Shown here: piece by piece, positions 1 through 9,001 of the stretch
Layout: the number at the start of each line of letters is the position of its first letter
Position numbering within the stretch: the first letter of the stretch is position 1
DNA from: an uncultured Verrucomicrobiota bacterium
Lineage (GTDB): Bacteria; Verrucomicrobiota; Verrucomicrobiia; Limisphaerales; JADLHS01
Direction: 5' to 3'
Length of the DNA stretch: 64,000 nt
NCBI GenBank assembly: GCA_937894935.1
Contig: CALAYC010000215.1
Location: 1,021 to 65,020, forward strand
The notes under the pieces: generated by a model
The model's input: only the letters and a program-made list of their open reading frames with translations
The model's database searches: none
What the model was told of the DNA's origin: nothing
Made by a program: the position numbers and the translations under genes

Positions 1-265
1 ACGCCACCGTGTCGCGCGCCTGAAATCGATTGAATGGACCGATGAGCGCCTGGTCGCCGCGCGGATAACGCGTAGCAAATTCGCGCGCATCGAAACATGC
101 GTGCGTCACGTTGCAACGTCCGCCGCCGGAGATGCGCACTTTGGAAAGCAACTGGGAACCCCGCTCCAGCAGTATCACTCGCGCGCCGGATTCCGCCGCC
201 GTGATCGCAGCGAAAAATCCTGCCGCGCCACCGCCGACGACGATGCAATCTGAATCAAGTTTCAT
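1..265 (-). CDS. HI0933/BaiN-like NAD(P)/FAD-dependent oxidoreductase, N-terminal fragment (rest of gene lies outside the window)
   Basis: Reverse-strand ATG (complement of 263-265) gives MKLDSDCIVVGGGAAGFFAAITAAESGARVILLERG...KVRISGGGRCNVTH. It has a GGGAAG Rossmann motif and the SGGGRCN motif typical of this family. It is absent from the ORF track because it is truncated. Confidence 0.7.
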   Translation of the reverse strand, partial: MKLDSDCIVVGGGAAGFFAAITAAESGARVILLERGSQLLSKVRISGGGRCNVTHACFDAREFATRYPRGDQALIGPFNRFQARDTVA

Positions 266-390
266 GTACGAGCGGAAGTCGGTGTTGGCGATTTGCGTTC
301 GGAAATTCGAAACATCAAGCTCCCGAGAATATTCATTTTTCAAGCGCCAACAGCGCGAGCTATTCGTTGGATTTTGATGCCTGACGCTTC

Positions 391-1674
391 TCAGTTCGCC
401 ACGATGAATTCTGCGAATTCTGCTCGATGTTGCGGTGGAATGCGCGCTTTGAACTTCGCTGCTTTAGTCAGATATTTTCGTTCCAGCACTTGACCGATTT
501 TGTGCAATCGCGCAATGAGCGCGGCTTCTTCGTGGGGAATTTTCAGTTCCACCAGTTCGCGTTCGGGCCGGATTTGAGTGCTGATTTCGCCAAGTAATTC
601 ATCAATGCCCTGACCGGTGCGCGCCGAAATAGCGACGGAATTCGGATAAAGCTCGTGCAAGCGCGTGAGCATATTACCGCCATTCAATCGATCCACTTTG
701 TTGAAGACCATCATCGTCGGCTTATGCCCCGCGCCGAGTTCATTCAAGACAGTGTTCACGGCGGCAATCTGTTCGTCGGACTGTGGATGACTCACGTCCA
801 CGACGTGCAATAACAGATCGGCCTGCACGACTTCTTCGAGCGTGGCTTTGAAGGATTCAACGAGTCCGTGTGGCAGCTTCTTGATGAAACCCACTGTGTC
901 GGTGAGCAAAATGTTTTGATTCGTCGGTAGCCGCAGCCGGCGCGTTGTGGGATCGAGCGTGGCGAATAAAATATCTTTCGCCAGTACGCCCGCGCCGGTG
1001 AGGCGATTCAGCAACGTGGATTTGCCCGCGTTGGTGTAACCGACGATAGACGCAAGTGGCCATTGATTGCGCAAGCGGCCGGCGCGTTGCGTCTCGCGTT
1101 GTTGTCGCACGGCATCGAGATCGCGCGTGATGCGATCAATGCGTTCATTGACTTTGCGACGGTCGGCTTCGAGCTGCGATTCACCTTCACCACCGCGCAT
1201 GCCGATACCGCCTTTTTGACGCGACAAGTGTCCCCAGAACCGCGTCAGCCGCGGCAGCAAATGCTGAAGTTGCGCCAGTTCAATCTGAAGTTTGCCTTCG
1301 CGCGTGCGCGCGCGTTGCGAGAAAATGTCGAGAATCAGCGCCGTGCGATCGAGGATTTTGATCTCGAAAATTTTCTCGAGGTTGCGCGTTTGAGCGGGGG
1401 TGAGTTCATCGTCGAAAATGACGGTGTCCACGTTTTGCTCTTTGCAAAAGCGCGCGAATTCTTCGGCTTTACCTTTGCCGATGTAAGTGGCGGCATGAGC
1501 GGCTTCGACCTTTTGCGTGCCTTCACCGACGACTTCACCGCCGGCGGTCTGGGCGAGTTCGGCCAATTCGTCGAGCGACTCGCGCAACTGATGGGTGCTG
1601 CCGGATTTCAATTCGACGCCGATGAGGAAGACCCGTTCCGTCCGCGTATCTCTGGTTTGGACTAATGCTTTCAA
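391..1674 (-). CDS. hflX: GTPase HflX
   Basis: 427 aa. It has an HflX N-terminal domain, a coiled linker and a G domain (GYTNAGKSTLLN, DTVGF, NKVD). Confidence 0.9.
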   Translation of the reverse strand: MKALVQTRDTRTERVFLIGVELKSGSTHQLRESLDELAELAQTAGGEVVGEGTQKVEAAHAATYIGKGKAEEFARFCKEQNVDTVIFDDELTPAQTRNLEKIFEIKILDRTALILDIFSQRARTREGKLQIELAQLQHLLPRLTRFWGHLSRQKGGIGMRGGEGESQLEADRRKVNERIDRITRDLDAVRQQRETQRAGRLRNQWPLASIVGYTNAGKSTLLNRLTGAGVLAKDILFATLDPTTRRLRLPTNQNILLTDTVGFIKKLPHGLVESFKATLEEVVQADLLLHVVDVSHPQSDEQIAAVNTVLNELGAGHKPTMMVFNKVDRLNGGNMLTRLHELYPNSVAISARTGQGIDELLGEISTQIRPERELVELKIPHEEAALIARLHKIGQVLERKYLTKAAKFKARIPPQHRAEFAEFIVAN

Positions 1675-1743
1675 CTAATCAATTTCAGTTCGTCGCCGCA
1701 GCATAGCATGGCGCTGGGGCAGAACAAGGCGGGGAATAATCCC

Positions 1744-3309
1744 TTAATCCTCGTTTGTCGCCTGGCGAAATTCCTCCACTTCCTCCGGCGTGGCTGGCGC
1801 GGGCCAGACGTAGTCGAGTCGCTTCCACAAATCACTCCCGTGATAATCTTCCCGCGGGGCGAAATTTCCGCCGTCATCCAGACCATCTTCTCCAACGGAG
1901 TAAAGCGTGAAGCTGCCGTCGGTGTTGAGTCGGTATTTGAGGGGCTTGCCATCCATGTAATCCACCGGTACTGCAGAGAGAAATTCCGGGACGAGTGCAT
2001 TCAGATTGTCCGGTAACTTTCCGTGTCGAAGCGAATAGCGTTTCAGCGCGATGGCGGTGATACACAGTGCGCGTTCAATTTCGGCCCGCGTCGATTTCTT
2101 AATTGTGTAAGCTAAAGTTATCACGCTATCGGGTGGAGGAAATCGCAATCGATCGTAACCATTTCGCTTGGTTGACTGGACGATCAGCGTGGTTAAATCA
2201 GATTCGATAGCCTGGAACGAGGCGTTAGTTGTAGCCGCACGACTCAGTTCGATGAGTGTTTGCATATTCTTGAGAAGTCTCCGTTCTGCTTGATGCGACC
2301 ACGCGAAACGCCAGGCCCGGCAATAGATATGTCGCCGCAGACCGCTTAACAACTCTTCGCCAAAGGGTAATTGTTTGAACCGTGTCACCCATTCAGATTC
2401 AACCTCATCATCAAAGAAGATCGCGTAATCACCAAACATGAAGTCGTACGTTTTGTCATTGGAATCGCGCAACTGTTGTGCGGTTTGAAGCATATAAATG
2501 CGTTCACCTTCGAGATTGGTGGCCATTGAAGCCATAAAATATTGCGTTTCCCAGACGTGCTGAATAGCAGCCAAATCCGCATCCGCCCAGTCATCGGACT
2601 GTAATGCCTCCCAGGTGTCAGTTCTGGCAATCGCGCCCATGGCAATGCGCACCAGTTCGCTGATGACAACGCCATCTTCTGCCAACAGTCGGAGTGAATT
2701 GAGCTCAGAACTAAGATATTTCGTCGCGTCAGCGGTTCGACCATGGTGCAATGCAAATTGGCACGCACTGCCAAGCCAACGAGTCAAGTTCCTGGCGGAC
2801 AAGAGATGAGAAAATTGCAAATTGGATCCTTCTGCGAGGTCCAAGCGATTGTTCAAGACCGGCTTCGTCAATGCGGTCTGGATTTCGTTCAAGGCGGGCT
2901 TATTTGTCTGCAAATCAGCCGCAAGGTCGCTCCAGTGATTGGTGAAAATTCCGGTTAATGCTTTGCCGTTGCGATAAGGATCTTTTTCTACCCAATAAGG
3001 TTCACGGAATCCGACGATGGCCCGTCCCGACTTCAGCACCTGCATGCGAGGTGGGTAGCTGTCTGGTAGAAGAATGCGATTGGTTAATCTTTCGAGAGCC
3101 GCAAAAATCGTGGGTGCGCCATTGTCTTCTTCATCAAAGACGCGAGCAAAATCCTGCGGGGAAAGTTTCTCGCCTTTGACGCGGAGTTCTTGCTTGAGTC
3201 GAGCCAAAGCAATTTGCCCGCGCCAACGTTCAATCAACAGAAATGCCGCAAGCAACGCGATAAGTCCAAGCAGAATTTTTCCGAGAAGTTTCAGCCGACG
3301 TTTGGACAT
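1744..3309 (-). CDS. Membrane-anchored hypothetical protein, paralogous to the C-terminal module of the 32808-36044 protein
   Basis: 521 aa with a single N-terminal TM (ILLGLIALLAAFLLI). The C-terminus ALKRYSLRHGKLPDNLNALVPEFLSAVPVDYMDGKPLKYRLNTDGSFTLYSVGEDGLDDGG parallels ALERYRLARGSYPEKLSQLVSEYLPEIPPDPVARRPMSYERNPAGRYTLRSFGVDREDD in the other protein. Confidence 0.6.
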   Translation of the reverse strand: MSKRRLKLLGKILLGLIALLAAFLLIERWRGQIALARLKQELRVKGEKLSPQDFARVFDEEDNGAPTIFAALERLTNRILLPDSYPPRMQVLKSGRAIVGFREPYWVEKDPYRNGKALTGIFTNHWSDLAADLQTNKPALNEIQTALTKPVLNNRLDLAEGSNLQFSHLLSARNLTRWLGSACQFALHHGRTADATKYLSSELNSLRLLAEDGVVISELVRIAMGAIARTDTWEALQSDDWADADLAAIQHVWETQYFMASMATNLEGERIYMLQTAQQLRDSNDKTYDFMFGDYAIFFDDEVESEWVTRFKQLPFGEELLSGLRRHIYCRAWRFAWSHQAERRLLKNMQTLIELSRAATTNASFQAIESDLTTLIVQSTKRNGYDRLRFPPPDSVITLAYTIKKSTRAEIERALCITAIALKRYSLRHGKLPDNLNALVPEFLSAVPVDYMDGKPLKYRLNTDGSFTLYSVGEDGLDDGGNFAPREDYHGSDLWKRLDYVWPAPATPEEVEEFRQATNED

Positions 3310-3519
3310 GGCCTGAGGTTAGTTTTCAGCGGTGATGAGACAATTATAATTTCTAAAGGAGATTTTCCTCGGAAAGTTTATGAGAACTTTTCAACTGAAT
3401 GGTTCTTAGTTGCAAACGAGCACGATCAGGAAACGCACGCAACAATTGTCCAATAGAACGGGCTGGCTTCAGTTGCGGCGCTTCGGCATTTTGCCTGCAC
3501 TACACGAACGGTTCGTGGA

Positions 3520-6500
3520 ATGAACATGCGACATTTCAATCTGCTTCTCTCTCTGGTTCTCGGTTGTTCCATGCTGATGCCCGCGCGCGCGGTCGAGAAA
3601 ACTTCGCGCATTGACGCGCGGATGATGCGGCAACCGGATGTATCTGCGACGCACATAGCGTTTGTTTATGCGGGCGACATCTGGGTTGCTCCAAAAACGG
3701 GCGGGGAAGCGGTGCGGTTGAGTTCGCCGCGCGGCGAGGAATCGTTCCCGAAATTTTCGCCGGACGGCACGACTATCGCCTTCAGCGGCAATTATGACGG
3801 CAACGTGGACATTTACACGGTGCCGGTTACGGGTGGCGTGCCGCAACGCATCACGCATCACGGCGCGGCGGATCGGGTGATTGATTGGTATCCCGATGGC
3901 GAGAGCATCCTCTATGCGACGACGATGACGAGCTTCAAAGATCGGTTTAATCAACTCTATAAAGTATCGGCGACGGGCGGGTTGCCGGAAAAATTGCCGA
4001 TGCCGTATGGCGAGTTTGGCGCGATTTCGCCGGATGGAAAATCAATCGTGTTTAACACCATCAGCGTCGATTTCCGCACATGGAAGCGGTATCGCGGCGG
4101 CATGAACCCGGATTTGTGGCTGATGGATCTGACCACGCTCAAGGCGCGCAACATCACCAAGTCGCCTGCGGCGGAATCCATTCCGATGTGGTTCGGAAAC
4201 AAAATTTATTTCCTCTCTGATCGAGATGATTCCAAGCGACTCAACATCTGGTCGCTGGATCTGGCGAATGATCGGTTTAAGCAACTCACGTTTTTCAAAG
4301 AGTTCGACGTGCAATTTCCGAGCGTCGGTGCAGGCGAAATCATTTTCGCCAACGCGGGTCGCTTATATTTGCTCGATTTGAAAACGGAGAAGATGCGTGA
4401 AGTGGAAATTTCCGTGACGACGGATCGCTCCACGTTGAAGCCGCGATTGGAAAATGTGTCGAGTCTGATTCAATGGGCGACGATTTCTCCGACCGGCAAA
4501 CGCGCGTTGTTCTCCGCACGCGGCGAAGTGTTTTCGGTGCCGGCGGAGCATGGCGTGGTGCGCAATCTGACGCGCAGTTCCGGCGTGGCGGAACGTTATC
4601 CTGCGTGGTCGCCGGATGGAAAACTGATTGCGTATTGGAGCGATCGCACGGGTGAATATGAATTGACCGTGCGTGATGCGGAGCGCAATCCCGAAGGGCC
4701 GGGAGAAGAACGCACGCTTACAGCGCTCGGACCGGGTTTCCGTTATTCGCCGCAGTGGTCGCCGGACTCGAAGAAGATCGTGTGGATTGATCAGGCGATG
4801 AAGATCTGGGTTTACGATTTTGAGACGAAGACGAATCGTTTCATTGAGCAACAGAAATGGATGTATCACGGCGCGCTGCAACGTTTCCGCGTGAGTTGGT
4901 CTGCTGACAGTCGCTGGATGGCGTATGCCGGAGAACTGGATACGCGGAACACGGCGATTGTGCTTTATGATTTCGAGAACAATACGCGCCATCAGGTGAC
5001 GAGCGGTTTTTACAATGACGATTTGCCGGTGTTCGATCCGGACGGTAAATATCTCTATTTCCGCACGGGCCGCAGCTTCAGCCCGATTTACAGCGATCTC
5101 GATAACTCCTGGATTTACGCGAACACGATGCGGCTCGCGGCAGTGCCGTTGCGTCGCGATGTGCCGTCGCCGCTCGCGCCGCGAAATGACGACGAACCGG
5201 AGTCCAGGAAAGACAAAGACGCGGAGAAAAAGGATTCCGAGAAAAAAGAAGACGATAAGAAAAACGACGAAAAGAAGTCCGACGAGAAAAAAGACGAGAA
5301 CGGCAACGAAGAAAAGAAAGCCGAGAAAACCAACGGCGAATCCGAATCGAAGAACGACGCCAAGGTCGCCGAGAAGAAAGACGAGAAGAAGAAAGATTCC
5401 AAGACCAAGGCGGTTGAAATTGATCTGGAAGGATTCGAAGAGCGCGCGGTTTTGTTGCCGACGAAGGCCGGTCGTTACGACGACCTCATCGCGGTCTCTG
5501 GCAAATTGCTGTATCGCTGGTTGCCGCGCACCGGAGCGGATGGTGGCAGCAGCCCGGTGGAGTTTTACGATCTGGAAAAGCGCGAGACGAAACGCGTGGT
5601 GGACGACGCGGATGACATCGAGTTGTCTGCCGATCGCAAGAAGTTGCTGGCGCGCAAGGATCGCAGTTACAGCATCATTGAGCCGAAAGAAAATCAGAAG
5701 CTCGACAAGCGGCTCGCGACAACTGGATTTGAAGCGATGATTGATCCGGTTGCTGAGTGGAAACAGATCTTCACTGACGCGTGGCGGTTGGAGCGCGATG
5801 TGTTTTACGATCCGAATCTACACGGCGTGGATTGGAAATTGATGCGCGAGCGTTACGGCAAATTGCTCGAAGAAGCCGTGACGCGTTGGGATGTGAATTT
5901 CGTCATCGGCGAATTGATTGGCGAACTCAATGCCTCGCATACGTATCGCAGCGGCGGCGATGTAGAAAGTGCCACGCATCGCAATGTCGGCTATCTCGGT
6001 TGTGATTTTGTGCTGACGAACGGCGCGTATCGCATTGCGAAAATTATTACCGCTGCGCCGTGGGATACCGAAGTGCGGTCGCCGCTTGCGCAACCGGGCC
6101 TGACGAATATCAGCGAAGGCGATTATCTGCTCGCAGTGAACGGCGAGCCGTTGGATACGAATCTCGATCCGTGGGCCGCATTCCAGGGACTGGCCGATAA
6201 GCCGGTGTTTCTCACCGTGAACAGCGAACCGATATTCCAGGGCGCGCGTGAAGTTCTCGTGCAAACCATCGGCAGCGAAGCGCGCTTGCGAAATCTCGCG
6301 TGGATCAATGAGAACCGGTTGCGCGTGGAAAAAGCGAGCGACGGAAAGATCGGATACATCTACGTGCCGGACACGGGTCAGAATGGACAGAACGAACTCG
6401 TGCGCCAGTTCCGCGGACAATTCACGAAGGCGGGATTGATCATTGATGAACGCTTCAACAGCGGCGGGCAGATTCCGGATCGCTTTGTGGAATTGCTGGA

Positions 6501-6945
6501 TCGTCCGTTGCGGAATTATTGGGGCGTGCGTGATGGCAGCGATTGGCCGTGGCCGGCAGTGGCGCATTTCGGTCCGAAAGCGATGTTGATCAACGGCTGG
6601 AGCGGTTCGGGCGGTGATTGTTTCCCACATTACTTCAAGCAGTCGAAACTCGGTCCGCTGATTGGTCAACGCACTTGGGGCGGTTTGATTGGCATGACCG
6701 GTTCGCCGCCACTCGTGGACGGCGGTAGCGTGACGGTGCCGACGTTTGGCATTTACGATGAGTCCGGCTGGATTATCGAAAGTTACGGAGTGGATCCGGA
6801 CATTGAAGTGGTGGATGACCCCGGCGAAATGGCGCGTGGCGGTGATCCGCAACTGGAGCGAGCCATCTTTGAAGTAATGCGTTCCATCCGGCAGAATCCG
6901 CCTTCGAGCATCAAGAAACCGCAATATCCGAACCGGGCGAATTAA
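3520..6945 (+). CDS. Tricorn-protease-like periplasmic peptidase (TolB/WD40-like beta-propellers, PDZ and S41 peptidase domains)
   Basis: 1141 aa with a signal peptide. It has repeated FSPDG/WSPDG propeller motifs and a C-terminal S41-type region (NGWSGSGGDCF, RTWGGLIG). An internal K/E/D-rich insert lies at 5186-5412. Confidence 0.85.
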   Translation: MNMRHFNLLLSLVLGCSMLMPARAVEKTSRIDARMMRQPDVSATHIAFVYAGDIWVAPKTGGEAVRLSSPRGEESFPKFSPDGTTIAFSGNYDGNVDIYTVPVTGGVPQRITHHGAADRVIDWYPDGESILYATTMTSFKDRFNQLYKVSATGGLPEKLPMPYGEFGAISPDGKSIVFNTISVDFRTWKRYRGGMNPDLWLMDLTTLKARNITKSPAAESIPMWFGNKIYFLSDRDDSKRLNIWSLDLANDRFKQLTFFKEFDVQFPSVGAGEIIFANAGRLYLLDLKTEKMREVEISVTTDRSTLKPRLENVSSLIQWATISPTGKRALFSARGEVFSVPAEHGVVRNLTRSSGVAERYPAWSPDGKLIAYWSDRTGEYELTVRDAERNPEGPGEERTLTALGPGFRYSPQWSPDSKKIVWIDQAMKIWVYDFETKTNRFIEQQKWMYHGALQRFRVSWSADSRWMAYAGELDTRNTAIVLYDFENNTRHQVTSGFYNDDLPVFDPDGKYLYFRTGRSFSPIYSDLDNSWIYANTMRLAAVPLRRDVPSPLAPRNDDEPESRKDKDAEKKDSEKKEDDKKNDEKKSDEKKDENGNEEKKAEKTNGESESKNDAKVAEKKDEKKKDSKTKAVEIDLEGFEERAVLLPTKAGRYDDLIAVSGKLLYRWLPRTGADGGSSPVEFYDLEKRETKRVVDDADDIELSADRKKLLARKDRSYSIIEPKENQKLDKRLATTGFEAMIDPVAEWKQIFTDAWRLERDVFYDPNLHGVDWKLMRERYGKLLEEAVTRWDVNFVIGELIGELNASHTYRSGGDVESATHRNVGYLGCDFVLTNGAYRIAKIITAAPWDTEVRSPLAQPGLTNISEGDYLLAVNGEPLDTNLDPWAAFQGLADKPVFLTVNSEPIFQGAREVLVQTIGSEARLRNLAWINENRLRVEKASDGKIGYIYVPDTGQNGQNELVRQFRGQFTKAGLIIDERFNSGGQIPDRFVELLDRPLRNYWGVRDGSDWPWPAVAHFGPKAMLINGWSGSGGDCFPHYFKQSKLGPLIGQRTWGGLIGMTGSPPLVDGGSVTVPTFGIYDESGWIIESYGVDPDIEVVDDPGEMARGGDPQLERAIFEVMRSIRQNPPSSIKKPQYPNRAN

Positions 6946-6950
6946 AAAAC

Positions 6951-7066
6951 GAGCGCGGCTGTGCAAACGCACCAACCGCAACGGCGTGAATTTTGTCGCG
7001 TTAGAAATCCTTTACAGGTTTCTGCTGAGAGGTACTGCGGCTGGTCTTTCAGACACAGCCGCGCTC
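6951..7066. repeat. Imperfect ~116 bp palindromic intergenic element (family B) between convergent genes
   Basis: The left arm gagcgcggctgtgcaaacgcaccaaccgca (6951-6980) pairs with the right arm tgcggctggtctttcagacacagccgcgctc (7036-7066). The right arm closely resembles 58013-58039 inside nasA. Confidence 0.6.
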
Positions 7067-7073
7067 CGTAGCC

Positions 7074-8150
7074 TCAAGGACACGTCAACGTGGGTGGGAA
7101 ATCAGATCCCAACGCAGCCAGATCGCCGTCTGGCTTCAACTCAATCCACTGCGCGTTGGCGTGTCTGCGAAACCAGGTCAGTTGGCGCTTGGCGAATTGG
7201 CGGGTTTTGATTTTCACCAACTCAATGGTTTCCGGTAACGCACGTTCGCCGCACAGGTGTTCCACCACCTGACGATAGCCGATGGCTTGCATGGCGGTTT
7301 TGTTTTGTTCCAAACCACGCTGGAGCAGTTGGCGAGTTTCTTCGAGTAAACCAGCAGCGAACATTTCATCCACACGCGTATTGATGCGCGCGTGAAGATC
7401 AGCAGTGGGGCGGGAAAGACAGAAGAAGCGAGGCGACACGGAAACCAAATCCCTCGCCCCGCTCAAGCGGGGAGAGGGTTGGGGTGAGGGGATTTGAGCC
7501 GCAACAGCACGGGTTTCAGCCGAAAACAAAAGCGCCTCCTCTCCGTGACCCTCTCCTCCCTTGGGGAAGGAGAGGGGAGATGCGGCCTCGCCCCACCGGG
7601 CGCGTTGGGCGGAGAACGGTTTGCCGGTCAGGCGAATGACTTCGAGCGCGCGGATGACGCGACGTGGGTTGTGCCGATCGATTTTTTCAAACGTCGTCGG
7701 GTCGCGTTGTTCAAGTTCGCGGAGCAGGTCGGGCAGGGGAGTCGCTTCAAGTTCGGCGCGCAATTTTTCATCGGCAGGCGGCGCTTCGCCGAGTCCTTCC
7801 AGATAAGCTTTGAAATACAATCCCGTGCCCCCGCAAAAAATCGGAATGCGACCGCGTGATTGAATTTCTTTAACCGCTTGCTGCGCGAAGCTGACGAACT
7901 TTGCGGCATCAAACGTTTCGGTGAGGTCCGCAACGTCAATCAGGTGATGACGCACCCGGGCGCGTTCGGCGGCGGTAGGTTTGGCGGTGCCGATGTCGAG
8001 CCCGCGATAAACCTGCATGGAATCCACGGAAATAATTTCGCCGCCGAGTTTTTCCGCGAGAGCGAGGGCGAGGGCGGATTTGCCGACTGCGGTCGGGCCG
8101 GCGATGAAGACCGGTTGCAAATCGCGCGTTGCTGTTTGCACGTTATCCAT
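7074..8150 (-). CDS. miaA: tRNA dimethylallyltransferase MiaA, carrying an in-frame ~40-45 aa repeat-derived insertion
   Basis: It has the P-loop GPTAVGKS, QVYRGLDIGTAKP and C-terminal YAKRQLTWFR-type motifs. The start is moved to M22 (8150) so that it no longer overlaps the lgt stop at 8158. Confidence 0.9.
   Translation of the reverse strand: MDNVQTATRDLQPVFIAGPTAVGKSALALALAEKLGGEIISVDSMQVYRGLDIGTAKPTAAERARVRHHLIDVADLTETFDAAKFVSFAQQAVKEIQSRGRIPIFCGGTGLYFKAYLEGLGEAPPADEKLRAELEATPLPDLLRELEQRDPTTFEKIDRHNPRRVIRALEVIRLTGKPFSAQRARWGEAASPLSFPKGGEGHGEEALLFSAETRAVAAQIPSPQPSPRLSGARDLVSVSPRFFCLSRPTADLHARINTRVDEMFAAGLLEETRQLLQRGLEQNKTAMQAIGYRQVVEHLCGERALPETIELVKIKTRQFAKRQLTWFRRHANAQWIELKPDGDLAALGSDFPPTLTCP
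7451..7585. repeat. GC-rich palindromic element (family A, CCCTC/GAGGG arms) inside the miaA reading frame
   Basis: Hairpins are ccccgc-tcaa-gcgggg (7455-7470) and ccctctcct/aggagaggg (7549-7557 / 7568-7576). The element encodes ASPLSFPKGGEGHGEE...IPSPQPSPRLSGARD, which has no counterpart in E. coli MiaA as I recall it. Confidence 0.55.
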
Positions 8151-8157
8151 CGCGCAA

Positions 8158-8934
8158 TCAGGAGGCGGACCGGGTTCGCGGCGCGAGTACGCGATACAAA
8201 GCAATTCCCGCAATCAGAATTCCAATGCTCAACAGATGCGCCGGCGTGAAACCGTTGTGCAGATGACCGTCGGAATAGTCGCCACGGAAAAATTCCACGG
8301 TCGAACGCGTGACGGCGTAGCACATCAGATACAGAGCGAAGATTTGGCCGTTGAATTTGCGACGATGGCGGAAGATCCACGCGAGGCCGAGGTAAAGCGT
8401 GAGGTTGAGGAACGCGTCATAAAGTTGCGTGGGATGAACGGGAGCGCCACCGGTGAAATGATCGCTCGGGAAACGGACGGCCCATGGAAGTTCGCACGCG
8501 CGCCCGTAGCAGCAGCCGTTCATGAAACAGCCGAGGCGACCGAACATCGAGCCGAGTGCAATAGACGGTGCCATGATGTCGGCGATTTTCCAGAGCGAAA
8601 CTTTTTTAAGGCGCGCAAAAATAATGGTCGCCAACGACGCGCCGATGAGGCCGCCGTAGAAAACGAGACCGCCGCGTTGAATCATAAAAATTTCCCACCA
8701 CGGTTTGCCGGCGAATTCATCTTTCCAGTAGCTGATGACGAACAGAATTCGCGCGCCGACGATTCCGCCGACGAGTAGCCACGGGATGACGAGATCGGCG
8801 ATGAGGTTGCCGGAAATGCCGACATGAGGTGCGCGGCGCGTGGCCGTCCACATGCCGGCGAGAAACGCCAAAGCGATGCAGATGCCGAACCAATGAACGG
8901 TGATCGGGCCGAGTTGAAAAGCAATCGGTTGCAC
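8158..8934 (-). CDS. lgt: Prolipoprotein diacylglyceryl transferase
   Basis: 258 aa polytopic membrane protein with GRLGCFMNGCCYG and HPTQLY motifs. Confidence 0.9.
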   Translation of the reverse strand: MQPIAFQLGPITVHWFGICIALAFLAGMWTATRRAPHVGISGNLIADLVIPWLLVGGIVGARILFVISYWKDEFAGKPWWEIFMIQRGGLVFYGGLIGASLATIIFARLKKVSLWKIADIMAPSIALGSMFGRLGCFMNGCCYGRACELPWAVRFPSDHFTGGAPVHPTQLYDAFLNLTLYLGLAWIFRHRRKFNGQIFALYLMCYAVTRSTVEFFRGDYSDGHLHNGFTPAHLLSIGILIAGIALYRVLAPRTRSAS

Positions 8935-9001
8935 TGGTGCGCAAGCTAGCGGGAAATGGCGAAGTTGAAAAATTGATTCTGAGTCAACACGCCGCGGCGA
9001 G

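Noticed and set aside
5186-5412. Possible tandem repeat or CRISPR-like periodicity in the K/E/D tract.
   Set aside because: There is no fixed repeat unit or repeat-spacer architecture. It shows only codon-level compositional bias inside an intact ORF. No CRISPR array was seen anywhere in the window.
5015-5740. 241-aa Arg/Lys-rich ORF in another + frame, and the 97-aa Ser/Phe-rich ORF at 5115-5408 on the - strand.
   Set aside because: They are frame artefacts of the A/G-rich low-complexity tract that encodes the K/E/D linker of the tricorn-like protease.
5818-6981. Long antisense ORFs overlapping well-supported genes. Examples on the - strand: 5818-6981, 10418-11374, 20289-21452, 27520-28875, 35241-36404, 36762-38003 and 44508-45656.
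   Set aside because: They are typical high-GC shadow ORFs. They are Arg/His/Pro-rich, contain no recognisable motifs, and each lies fully opposite a gene with strong family signatures.
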